NCBI RefSeq assembly: GCF_044339385.1
Contig: NZ_JBIIVN010000001.1
Span: 1-46,204, forward strand
Source: Collimonas sp.
Lineage (GTDB): Bacteria > Pseudomonadota > Gammaproteobacteria > Burkholderiales > Burkholderiaceae_D
DNA: 46,204 bases
Reading direction: 5' to 3'
Positions within the stretch are counted from its first letter, which is position 1, and every line of letters starts with the position of its first letter. The notes beneath the pieces are model-generated. The model saw nothing but the letters and a program-made list of their open reading frames with translations. It had not been told where the DNA came from and did not search any database. Positions 1 to 8,785 of the stretch are shown one piece after another. The position numbers and the translations under genes were made by a program.

Positions 1-352
1 TCCGTCCACGGTGACGCGACTACTGGCCCGTAACAAGCCAACAAAATAGCTGGGGCATCCGAAAAATCCTTAGCGTACGATTTTTTCCGTTTTCCCTGTT
101 CTCCCCTTATTGGTAAAAATTTACCAAAAGAGATCTTTATTCGCGGTTTGGAGCAATGTCTGGTATAAACTATGGCAGTTTTGCGCTAGGAAATCACTGG
201 ATAGCACACCCGATACATGATGGTATGACTACTGATTACGGGATTGTTGAGAACCAGGCTGGATAGTTGAATTGTCGCCACTGGATGTGCTGCAAGACAG
301 CCGCGACACCAATGTTCAAGCGGAATCTCGACAAACCTCAAGGGAGAGAACC

Positions 353-1276
353 ATGAACCTGACCGTTACCAAGACCGCCGCAAAAAAAGCGGCGGCAGCA
401 ATGGAAAAATTGACTGCGTCGAGCAAAACCAAGGCCGCGGGCAAGGCAGGCGTTCCCACAAAAAAAACAGCGGCGAGCGGAAAAGCCAAACAGGCCACAG
501 AGAAAACCCGGCAACTTGCGGTCAAGACGGAGCCAAAGGCCGATACACCCACTACTAAAGCATCAAAAGCTTTGCCCAAAGTTGCCAAACCCAGTCCCAA
601 ACCTGTTGTAAAATCCCTACCCAAGAAATCGGCGGCTGCCGATTCTGTATAGAAATCAAGTCCTGCCGCAGACAAGGCAACGCTTAATACAACGGTGAAA
701 ACCAGTAGTTCTGTTGTAAAGAAACTGAATTCCCCAACGGCCAGATCCGACGCTAGCAGCATCAGCGACAAGCCCGCAAGTGCCGGATCAACGGATAAGT
801 TTGAAAAAAACGTCGTATCGAAAGCAAGCGAAGTGGCTACTAAAACATCCAAACCGACATCAGAAACCGTTCTGTTGATCGAAGAGAAAATCCTTAAGAT
901 GGGTGAAAAGGATTACATGAACGAAGCGCAACTGGCTTTCTTCAAAGCGCGTTTGCAGCAGTTAGAAATCGACCTGCTCAAGAACGCCGGAGAAACCACA
1001 GAACATTTGCGTGAAACCGTCCTGGTCCCGGATCCGGCGGACCGCGCCACTATCGAAGAAGAACATGCGCTGGAATTGCGTACTCGCGACCGCGAACGCA
1101 AATTGCTGAAAAAGGTGCAGCAGTCGATCGCATCGATCGATGCCGGCGAGTACGGCTGGTGCGAAGAAACTGGCGAGCCTATTGGTATTCCACGCTTGCT
1201 GGCGCGTCCAACCGCGACCTTGTCGCTGGAAGCCCAGCAACGCCGCGAACTGAAACAAAAGCTTTACGGCGACTGA
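353..1276 (+). pseudogene. dksA: RNA polymerase-binding factor DksA with long Lys/Ala-rich N-terminal extension, interrupted by an in-frame TAG at 650-652; the core domain (695/899..1276) is intact and may still be translated
   Basis: ATG at 353 follows AGGGAGAG. ORFs 272..652 and 695..1276 share one frame, separated only by TAG (GAT TCT GTA TAG AAA TCA). The C-terminal part has DksA motifs DYMNEAQL, PDPADRAT.EEE, LELRTRDRERKLL and YGWCEETGEPIG..RLLARPTA. Confidence 0.85.
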
Positions 1277-1300
1277 TCTGATCCTCAAGACGAATATTAG

Positions 1301-1337
1301 ATAACGCGCCAGGCAATCTCGAGGCGCGTTATTCTTT
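1301..1337 (+). terminator. Hairpin after dksA, probable intrinsic terminator
   Basis: ATAACGCGCC (1301-1310) pairs with GGCGCGTTAT (1323-1332) and is followed by TCTTT. Confidence 0.6.
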
Positions 1338-1406
1338 GCATCTTTCGCCCTCTACGATCGCTCGCATGCCGCATCGTCAACCACTCCCGCTCGTCGTCAC
1401 CATCTG

Positions 1407-1787
1407 ATGTCAGCTTCGTCAATTCGTTGCAGACGCCTCGGACAAGCCACGCTCGCGCCGTTGCTGGTATTGGCGCTCATGTTCTCTCAGTGGTTAGGAT
1501 TAACGCATAGCATCGTCCACGCGGCCTGGGAAAACAAGCAAGCGACGCAACTGACGCATCTGACGTCGGTCATCGAAAAAACGATCGAAGGCGGAGGCAA
1601 GGCACATCACTCCTGCGCTGCTTTCGACGATGCCACCCTGGCTGCGGTAATCTACAGCATGCCGCTGAACCTGCCGCCAGTGCCGGGCACGCATGTAATG
1701 GCCAAATGGCAGGCATTCGCCTCATGGGATGCGCCTTTCGCCTGCCATTTTTTATCACGCGCCCCACCCAGCCCTGACAGGCATTGA
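1407..1787 (+). CDS. DUF2946-like small membrane/leader protein with His/Cys motifs and a C-terminal RAPP motif
   Basis: Hydrophobic N-terminal segment (LAPLLVLALMFSQWLGL), HSIVH, HHSC, Pro-rich linker and C-terminal FLSRAPP; lies directly upstream of a TonB-dependent receptor. Confidence 0.75.
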   Translation: MSASSIRCRRLGQATLAPLLVLALMFSQWLGLTHSIVHAAWENKQATQLTHLTSVIEKTIEGGGKAHHSCAAFDDATLAAVIYSMPLNLPPVPGTHVMAKWQAFASWDAPFACHFLSRAPPSPDRH

Positions 1788-1822
1788 CGCCTTCGGCGCC
1801 GCCCTGCGGTGCTCTCCAGAAA

Positions 1823-2023
1823 ATCCGGCAAGACCGGATAGCCAATCATTTATTGCTGCCGCCACCAATCGTCTTGACGTTTGATGAGCTGCAGCGGCGT
1901 GCCTATACTGCATGTCTTTCTCCACTCCGGTTGACCGGAGTAAGCCGCAAGGGGGAGACTGCAGCCATATCGGTGCGCCGCCTGCTCGATCATCCGTGTT
2001 GCAGTGTAAGGTCGGCGGCAGCA
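1823..2023 (+). promoter_or_regulatory. Putative structured cis-regulatory RNA between the RAPP ORF and the receptor
   Basis: Five nested complementary pairs found by eye (1854-1863/2014-2023, 1882-1889/1984-1992, 1894-1903/1972-1981, 1908-1922/1951-1964, 1924-1930/1935-1941) plus a hairpin at 1823-1839. Confidence 0.55.
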
Positions 2024-2043
2024 GTTACCTGTCAGGAATCACC

Positions 2044-4065
2044 ATGTTTGCCAACCGTACACTTTTATCCAATGCTGTGCTCTGTGCGCTCGCCGCGCTA
2101 TCTTCCGGCGCCTACGCCCAAAGCGTCGCCACCGACACGCCCAGGCTGCTGGCGCCGATCGTGGTGACGGCAAGTCCGCTCAACGCCAATCCCGACACGC
2201 AGATACTGACGCCCACCAAAGTGCTGTCCGGCGAAGAGTTGCGTAACAAAATCAGCACCTCGCTTGGCGGCACGCTGGCACAAGAACTCGGCGTATCGGC
2301 GTCCGGCTTCGGTGCCGGCGCTTCCCGTCCGATCATCCGCGGCATGGAAGGGCCGCGCATCAAGATCCTGCAAAACGGCATGTCCGTGGCCGATGTCTCC
2401 AGCCTGTCCAACGATCACGCGGTGGCGACCGAGGCGGCTACCGCACGCCAAATTGAAATCTTGCGCGGACCGGCAGCCTTACTGTATGGCTCAGGTGCCA
2501 TCGGCGGCCTGGTCAATGTCATCAACGATCGCATCCCGACCGAACTGCAAAAACATGTCAGCGGCGCGGCCGAAGCCCGTTACAGCACGGTCGACAATGG
2601 CCGCAGCACATCTCTGGTTCTGGATGGTTCGGCCGGATCAGTCGGCTGGCATCTGGACGGTGACTGGCGCGATACTGGCAATTACAAGATCCCCGACCAC
2701 ACCACCCGAAACGACGCCGATTCGCCTTCAGGCCGGCTGCCCAACTCGTTCCCCCACCAGACCGGGCTTGGCGCTGGCGCCTCATATGTGGCGTCCTGGG
2801 GCTATCTCGGCGCATCGGTGGCGACGCTGGCAGAGCACTACGGCATTCCCACCGCCGAAAAATCCTTCATTGACCTGCATCAAACCCGCTACGATATCGC
2901 CGGGCAGATCGACGCGCCGTTTACCGGCGTCGAAAAACTGACGTTCAAGCTGGGCCGCACCGACTACACCCACACTGAAAAACAAGAAAACGGCGATCCC
3001 AGTGCCATTTTCTCGAATAAGTCTACGGAAACCCGCTGGGAAATCGCGCACAAGCCGTTGGCCGGATGGCATGGCACGTTCGGCATACAAACCGAAGACA
3101 CACGCTTTTCCGCCTTGTCCGCCGAGAGCGGCTTGCCCAATACCGTGCCGCGCACCAAATCCAGCGCTATCGCCGCCTTTCTGGTAGAAGAGCGTAACTT
3201 CGGACCACTGCTGACCAGCGCCGGCGTGCGCCTGGAGTCGATCAAACGTCGGCCCGATGGCGATACCGGCTTGGCCGAACGCAAGTTCAACTTGCTATCC
3301 TACTCAGTTGGCGCGTTGTGGAGTTTCCTGCCCGGATATGGCTTCGGTCCGACGTTATCCATCGCCCAACGCGCACCGGGTGCCGAGGAGCTTTACTCAA
3401 ACGGCCCGCACGAATCGACAGCGACTTTCGATATCGGCGACCCCGGGTTGAAAAAAGAAACCTCGCGCAATATCGAACTGACCCTGCAAAAAACCTCGGG
3501 GCTGATCCGCTGGAAAGCCAATCTGTTTCAGAACCATGTCAGCAATTACGTGTTCGGCCGCAATGCCGGCCAGGTCGATGAAGACGGTGCCGCCGCGCCG
3601 GATGGCGAATTTACCGAGCGCCTCTGGTCACAGGCGGACGCTACCATCCGCGGCGCCGAGGCCGAGATCAGCTATAACCTGCGCGGCGAGGGATTTTCGG
3701 TGCGCGGCTTTGCCGACACCTCGCGCGGCACGCTGGACCAGATGGGCAACTTGCCGTTACAGCCGGCTACACGCTACGGCGTGGAAATCGGCTATCTGCA
3801 GGGACCTTGGCGTAGCGGCATGTCAATCACACGCGCACAACAGCAAGCCCGCCTGGCAAGTTTTGAAGCCAGCGTCACGCCGGGATATACAAAAATCGAC
3901 GCGAGTCTGTCCTACACCCAACAGCTTCGCGCAACTCAAGTGACCTGGTTTGCTTTGGCCAAGAACCTGCTGAATCAGGATATCCGCCTGGCGACATCGC
4001 TGCTCAAAGATGTCGCGCCACAGCCGGGGCGCAGTCTGATTCTTGGCGTTCGTACAAAATTCTGA
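2044..4065 (+). CDS. TonB-dependent outer-membrane receptor, ZnuD-like (probable zinc/metal uptake)
   Basis: ATG 2044 after AGGAA; signal peptide ending AYA-Q; TonB box IVVTAS; plug motifs SRPIIRGMEGPRIKILQNG and DHAV; IEILRGPAALLYGSGAIGG; ELYSNGPH; C-terminal Phe. Confidence 0.88.
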   Translation: MFANRTLLSNAVLCALAALSSGAYAQSVATDTPRLLAPIVVTASPLNANPDTQILTPTKVLSGEELRNKISTSLGGTLAQELGVSASGFGAGASRPIIRGMEGPRIKILQNGMSVADVSSLSNDHAVATEAATARQIEILRGPAALLYGSGAIGGLVNVINDRIPTELQKHVSGAAEARYSTVDNGRSTSLVLDGSAGSVGWHLDGDWRDTGNYKIPDHTTRNDADSPSGRLPNSFPHQTGLGAGASYVASWGYLGASVATLAEHYGIPTAEKSFIDLHQTRYDIAGQIDAPFTGVEKLTFKLGRTDYTHTEKQENGDPSAIFSNKSTETRWEIAHKPLAGWHGTFGIQTEDTRFSALSAESGLPNTVPRTKSSAIAAFLVEERNFGPLLTSAGVRLESIKRRPDGDTGLAERKFNLLSYSVGALWSFLPGYGFGPTLSIAQRAPGAEELYSNGPHESTATFDIGDPGLKKETSRNIELTLQKTSGLIRWKANLFQNHVSNYVFGRNAGQVDEDGAAAPDGEFTERLWSQADATIRGAEAEISYNLRGEGFSVRGFADTSRGTLDQMGNLPLQPATRYGVEIGYLQGPWRSGMSITRAQQQARLASFEASVTPGYTKIDASLSYTQQLRATQVTWFALAKNLLNQDIRLATSLLKDVAPQPGRSLILGVRTKF

Positions 4066-4077
4066 GTATCTAGCGTC

Positions 4078-4123
4078 TCTGAGTGGCAATGCAATGTCAT
4101 CTCACATTGCATTGCCACTCAGA
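4078..4123. repeat. Perfect 20-bp inverted repeat with 6-nt loop, 12 nt after the receptor stop
   Basis: TCTGAGTGGCAATGCAATGT-catctc-ACATTGCATTGCCACTCAGA. Confidence 0.9.
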
Positions 4124-4466
4124 ACAAGCGCGATAGGTTCAGATGACATTGCTTTCCATGTGGAAATTTTAATGTAACAATTAATCCCACTGGAGGTATA
4201 TTTGACTGGCCCCTTTGTGTTACCTTTAGTGGCATCGTTCCATCATGTTTTTTGGCCTCAGGTTTACTAAAAAACAAGTTGAGAATACGAGCTCACAATA
4301 ATAAAAACCGCGCATTTACATTGACAGGGTGGGTTGGCAAAAACGCCCTACAACTTGCGTGCAAGGTAACAAATTGCAGCGCTGCCTGCCTTTCGCGCGG
4401 AGCGCGCTTTCGATCAGGCAGAGCTAGTCATACAGCTTTCACAGCAACTTACTTCAGGACTAATAC

Positions 4467-5849
4467 GTGGGGATTTTCTCGCTCTTCGGCAAAAATAATC
4501 GTCCAAACGGTGCAGCACCGAAGGATGAAAAAGTACCGTCCGCAGCAGACAGTCAATTACCGGTTCTGTACGGCGACACAGTGGAGCCGTCGACCAGCTC
4601 GACGACTCTGCGCGATAGTGCTTCGCGCAGCACGACCTCAATGAAAATCGATGCGATAGAGTCGGAAATGTCTTCCGAATTCGTCCAACTGCCACCGCTC
4701 ACAAAATCCGCCAACGAGGCCGACCTGGCAACGCCAGCCACAACCCAAAGCGCCAACACGACACAGATGACTTTGCCGGTGATGAGCAGGACCACCGAGT
4801 ATCTGGATAACGATTCTCGCAGCGGCAGCATTGAGGTGTCGGTTTCCGACACCCCCGAAGTCATCGAAGAAGCTGCGGTATTGTTTACCAGCAACCAGAG
4901 CGAGATTGCCGAACAACTGCTGCTTAACGCGATCGCCGACGACGATCTTGGCGCATCGGCTCACATCGCTTGGTGGATGTTGCTGGATTTATATCAAATC
5001 ACCGGCAAACAGCAGCAGTTCGATAATTTATCTGTCGATTTTGCCAACAAATTTGAGTCCTCGCCGCCGACCTGGATAGATGTCCTGACACTGGATCCAC
5101 AAGCCAAAAGCCAGGAGCCGTTGGGGAGCATCCCTGCTGTGGCGTTTTCCGGCAGGCTCGACGCCAACATCGGCAAGCAACTGGAACGCGCCCAGAAACT
5201 CAGTGCCAGCCACCCGGCGTTGCGCCTGGAGTTTACACGCGTGAGTGCGGTCGATCCGATTGGTTGCGGGTTATTGCTGCGGATGCTCAAAAAGCTGCAA
5301 AAGGCGGGGCTTGATCTGACTCTGGTTGGGGCAGATGAACTGGCCGATAAAATCCGCGAGATCCTGCAGGTAGGACGCCGTGACGAAACCGCTGCGCCTT
5401 GGCTGCTGTTGCTTGAAATCCTGCATCTGCTCAATCTTGAGACCGCCTACGAAGATACAAGCATAGACTATTCAATCACTTTCGAAGTCTCACCACCGCC
5501 ATTTGTTGCGCCGCACAACAAGATCATCACCGCGCCCGAGGAACGCGCGCCAACGCCAGGAATGCCATCTGGCAATACATTGCTGATGCCGACGCTGATC
5601 GAAGGACGCACCGATGAATTGCTGAAAAAGATACAAATCCACGCAAGTGCCCACAGTCCGGCAATCATGGATTGCTCGCGTCTGATTCGTGTCGATTTCA
5701 ACGCTGCCGGTGAATTGCTGAATGGGTTGGCATTACTTGCGAGCAACGGCAATACCGTCGAATTTCATGGCGTCAACCATCTGATTGCGGCGTTGTTCAA
5801 AGTGGTGGGGATCAATGAAATCGTGCGTGTAGTGTCGCGTAAGAACTGA
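4467..5849 (+). CDS. STAS-domain-containing protein (two STAS-like domains), function unknown
   Basis: GTG start after CAGGA; 460 aa; STAS-like segments LRLEFTRVSAVDPIGCGLLL and IMDCSRLIRVDFNAAGELLN...GVNHLIAALFKVVGI. Confidence 0.8.
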   Translation: MGIFSLFGKNNRPNGAAPKDEKVPSAADSQLPVLYGDTVEPSTSSTTLRDSASRSTTSMKIDAIESEMSSEFVQLPPLTKSANEADLATPATTQSANTTQMTLPVMSRTTEYLDNDSRSGSIEVSVSDTPEVIEEAAVLFTSNQSEIAEQLLLNAIADDDLGASAHIAWWMLLDLYQITGKQQQFDNLSVDFANKFESSPPTWIDVLTLDPQAKSQEPLGSIPAVAFSGRLDANIGKQLERAQKLSASHPALRLEFTRVSAVDPIGCGLLLRMLKKLQKAGLDLTLVGADELADKIREILQVGRRDETAAPWLLLLEILHLLNLETAYEDTSIDYSITFEVSPPPFVAPHNKIITAPEERAPTPGMPSGNTLLMPTLIEGRTDELLKKIQIHASAHSPAIMDCSRLIRVDFNAAGELLNGLALLASNGNTVEFHGVNHLIAALFKVVGINEIVRVVSRKN

Positions 5850-5941
5850 CGAACTGACGGCCATCAACATTGGCTGATTGACAAAAAATAAAACTATCCT
5901 CTTGGCGCCGCCGCAACAACATCAATCCCCCCCAATCCCCG

Positions 5942-5967
5942 CTTGTAATCAGGCAGGCCGTCCCCAG
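5942..5967 (+). promoter_or_regulatory. Putative sigma32 (RpoH) heat-shock promoter of hslVU
   Basis: CTTGTA-N14-CCCCAG matches the CTTGAA-N13/15-CCCCAT consensus, about 90 nt upstream of hslV. Confidence 0.6.
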
Positions 5968-6058
5968 TTTTTCCGAACAATATCGATTTATCGATCGATA
6001 ATGAATCACATGCAGCGTGGTCGCATTCGCGCCCTGCATGATTTCTGAGGCTCGTAAA

Positions 6059-6595
6059 ATGGAGCAATTTCATGGCACCACCATCCTCTCGGTACGGCGC
6101 GGCAACAGCGTTGCATTGGGCGGGGACGGTCAGGTAACACTCGGCAATGTTGTAATGAAAGGCACTGCGCGCAAAGTGCGCAAGCTGTACCAAGGTAAGG
6201 TGCTGGTCGGCTTTGCCGGCGGCACTGCCGACGCATTCACACTGCTCGATTTGTTTGAAGCAAAACTCGAAAAACACCAGGGCAACCTGATGCGCGCCTC
6301 GGTCGAACTGGCCAAGGAGTGGCGCACCGACCGCATGCTGCGCCGGCTCGAAGCGATGCTGCTGACAGCCGACCGCGAAACCACGCTGGTCATTACGGGC
6401 AACGGCGACGTGCTGGAACCTACCGACGGCATCGGCGCGATTGGCTCTGGCGGCACGTTTGCCCAATCCGCGGCCAAGGCGTTACAAGAAAACACCGAAC
6501 TGTCGCCAGCTGAGATAGTTAAAAAGTCGCTGGTGATTGCCGGTGAGCTCTGCATCTATACCAACCTGTCGCACATCATCGAAACCCTCGACTAA
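6059..6595 (+). CDS. hslV: ATP-dependent protease peptidase subunit HslV
   Basis: [14 protein letters not shown] (catalytic N-terminal Thr), [28 protein letters not shown]. Confidence 0.97.
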   Translation: MEQFHGTTILSVRRGNSVALGGDGQVTLGNVVMKGTARKVRKLYQGKVLVGFAGGTADAFTLLDLFEAKLEKHQGNLMRASVELAKEWRTDRMLRRLEAMLLTADRETTLVITGNGDVLEPTDGIGAIGSGGTFAQSAAKALQENTELSPAEIVKKSLVIAGELCIYTNLSHIIETLD

Positions 6596-6692
6596 GTCGC
6601 CATCCCAGCTCGACTATATGCCGGGCTGATTCAAGAATGGATCAGGGAACAGCGACATATCAGCAGGTTTCCAAATATCACGCGGAAAAATC

Positions 6693-8040
6693 ATGAACAT
6701 GACCCCCCCAAGAAATTGTCTCCGAACTCGACAAACACGTCGTCGGCCAAGACCGCGCCAAGCGCGCGGTCGCCATCGCCTTGCGTAACCGCTGGCGTCG
6801 CCAGCAGATCGCGGAGCCGCTGCGCCATGAGATCACACCAAAGAATATCCTGATGATCGGCCCGACCGGCGTCGGCAAAACCGAGATCGCGCGGCGCCTG
6901 GCCAAACTGGCAGATGCGCCGTTCATCAAGATCGAGGCGACCAAATTTACCGAAGTCGGTTATGTTGGCCGCGACGTCGATACCATCATTCGCGACCTGA
7001 TCGACATCGGCATCAAGCAAACCCGCGAAGCCGAAATGCGCAAGGTGCGCGCACGCGCAGAAGATGCGGCTGAAGACCGCGTGATCGATATCCTGGTGCC
7101 GCCGGCACGCGATTTTGGTTTCCATCCAGAACCGGTGGAAAGCGATGCCGGCGCCGACAAAAGCAACAACACGCGGCAGACATTCCGCAAGCGGCTGCGC
7201 GAAGGTGTGCTCGACGACAAGGAGATTGAGATTGAATTGTCGGAGGCCACATCACAGATGGAAATCATGGCGCCGCCGGGCATGGAAGAAATGACCGAAC
7301 AGATCAAATCGATGTTTTCCTGCATCGGCAGCAACCGCAAGAAAAACCGCAAGATCAAGATCAAGGATGCGATGAAGGTCTTGATCGAGGAGGAGGCTGC
7401 AAAACTGGTCAATGAAGATGAGCTCAAGCAGAAAGCCATCAGCAATGTCGAGCAGAACGGTATCGTGTTCCTCGACGAGATCGACAAGATCGCTACCCGC
7501 TCGCAAAACGGCGGCGCCGATGTCTCGCGCGCCGGCGTGCAGCGCGATCTGCTGCCGCTGGTCGAAGGCACCACGGTCAACACCAAGTACGGCATGATCA
7601 AGACCGATCACATCCTGTTTATTGCATCGGGCGCTTTCCACCTGGCCAAACCGTCGGATCTGATCCCTGAGCTGCAGGGCCGCTTCCCGATCCGCGTCGA
7701 ACTGGATTCGCTGTCGATCAGCGATTTCGAAAGAATCATGGCCGGCACCGACGCCTGCCTGACCAAGCAATACGAAGCATTGCTTGGCACCGAAGGCGTG
7801 AAGCTGGAATTTGCCAAGGAAGGTATCCAGCGGCTGGCCGAAATCGCGTTCTCGGTTAACGAAAAAACCGAAAACATCGGTGCGCGCCGCTTGTATACGG
7901 TAATGGAAAAACTGCTGGAGGAAATCTCGTTTTCGGCGACCAATGCGACCGAAAAAACCATGGTCCTCGATGCTGCCTATGTCGATCAACGCCTCGGCGC
8001 ACTGGTGGTCAATGAAGACTTGTCGCGTTACGTGCTGTAA
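6693..8040 (+). pseudogene. hslU: ATP-dependent protease ATPase subunit HslU, with a +1 frameshift in a C7 run (6703-6709) near the start (true lesion or sequencing error)
   Basis: ATG AAC ATG ACC CCC C|CAA GAA ATT GTC TCC GAA: removing one C gives [19 protein letters not shown], in frame with ORF 6781..8040 ([36 protein letters not shown]). Confidence 0.88.
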
Positions 8041-8113
8041 CGACTGCGCGGCCGATTCGGGACAGCATTGCAGCTAAGCGATCCCGGATCTGCGCATTGC
8101 TTGGTTGATAGTC

Positions 8114-8148
8114 CGTCAGTAGTGCCGGGCACGTCAGTAATGCCGGGC
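8114..8148. repeat. Imperfect tandem repeat with 18-bp period (2 copies) in the convergent hslU/gspC gap
   Basis: CGTCAGTAGTGCCGGGC-A-CGTCAGTAATGCCGGGC. Confidence 0.7.
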
Positions 8149-8203
8149 GCAAGCGGTACTGGAAGTGACTAGCGCCAAGCTTGCCTGGTACTGACGTTGT
8201 TGG

Positions 8204-8776
8204 TTATTTATCCTGCACCAGCGAAGCAGGTCCTTCGATCGGACTATCACGATTCATCGTTGCCGCAGCAGGCTCTGCGACCGGCGTTGGCCTCTGGCTC
8301 GGTGCCGGGATCGGTGAAGCCGTCACCATGCCGCCCTGCTGCTGGGCGTCTTGCGGCAATGTGACACGCTTTAACACTCCCCCCTCTGACAGCAGCACAT
8401 AAGTCGGGTGCACCTCCTTGACGCTGGTGCCAGGCGCAAGCTCCTTGCCTTGTCGGACGGCTTGCGGTGGCTTGCCGTCGGCGCTCAGGATCGCCACGCT
8501 CTCGTCACCCTTTTTTGCTGCGACTACACCCAGCAACTGATAATTGCTGGCCACGGTTACCGTACCGCGCCCACCAAACAACCCTGCCGCCAGCGTAGCA
8601 TCGACTTGCGGCTCCTCTGCCTGCGGCGGTGCGGTGACAGCACGCAGCGGCGGCTCGATCAGTTGCAGTACCCAGTAAGCCGTGCAGGCGCAGAGCAGCA
8701 TGAACAATAGCAGGCTGATGAATCCCGGCAATCGCTTGGCATGGCGACCCATTTTTTTACTTATTTTCCCGTTCAC
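8204..8776 (-). CDS. gspC: Type II secretion protein, GspC-like (HR domain, no PDZ)
   Basis: N-terminal TM ending AYWVLQL; YQLLGVVAA..SVAILSADGKP..AVRQGKELAPG.SVKEVHPTYVLLSEGG; last gene of the gsp cluster. Start uncertain. Confidence 0.75.
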   Translation of the reverse strand: MNGKISKKMGRHAKRLPGFISLLLFMLLCACTAYWVLQLIEPPLRAVTAPPQAEEPQVDATLAAGLFGGRGTVTVASNYQLLGVVAAKKGDESVAILSADGKPPQAVRQGKELAPGTSVKEVHPTYVLLSEGGVLKRVTLPQDAQQQGGMVTASPIPAPSQRPTPVAEPAAATMNRDSPIEGPASLVQDK

Positions 8777-8785
8777 AATTTAGTC

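Noticed and set aside
1-33. Possible 3' end of an upstream gene (…GGC CCG TAA)
   Set aside because: Too short to identify.
650-652. TAG in dksA as programmed readthrough or an alternative genetic code
   Set aside because: TAG serves as a normal stop elsewhere in the window (gspF, gspI, ctpA, exbD), and no recoding signal is recognisable.
316-852. 178-aa hydrophobic minus-strand ORF
   Set aside because: It is the antisense shadow of the Lys-rich dksA extension (AAA/AAG codons read as Phe/Leu).
1912-2043. Longer N-terminus for the first TonB-dependent receptor
   Set aside because: The signal peptide and RBS fit ATG 2044, and the upstream part overlaps the structured spacer.
4160-4190. AT-rich AATGTAACAATT as a Zur/Fur box
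   Set aside because: It is not a complete palindrome and lies downstream of the receptor.
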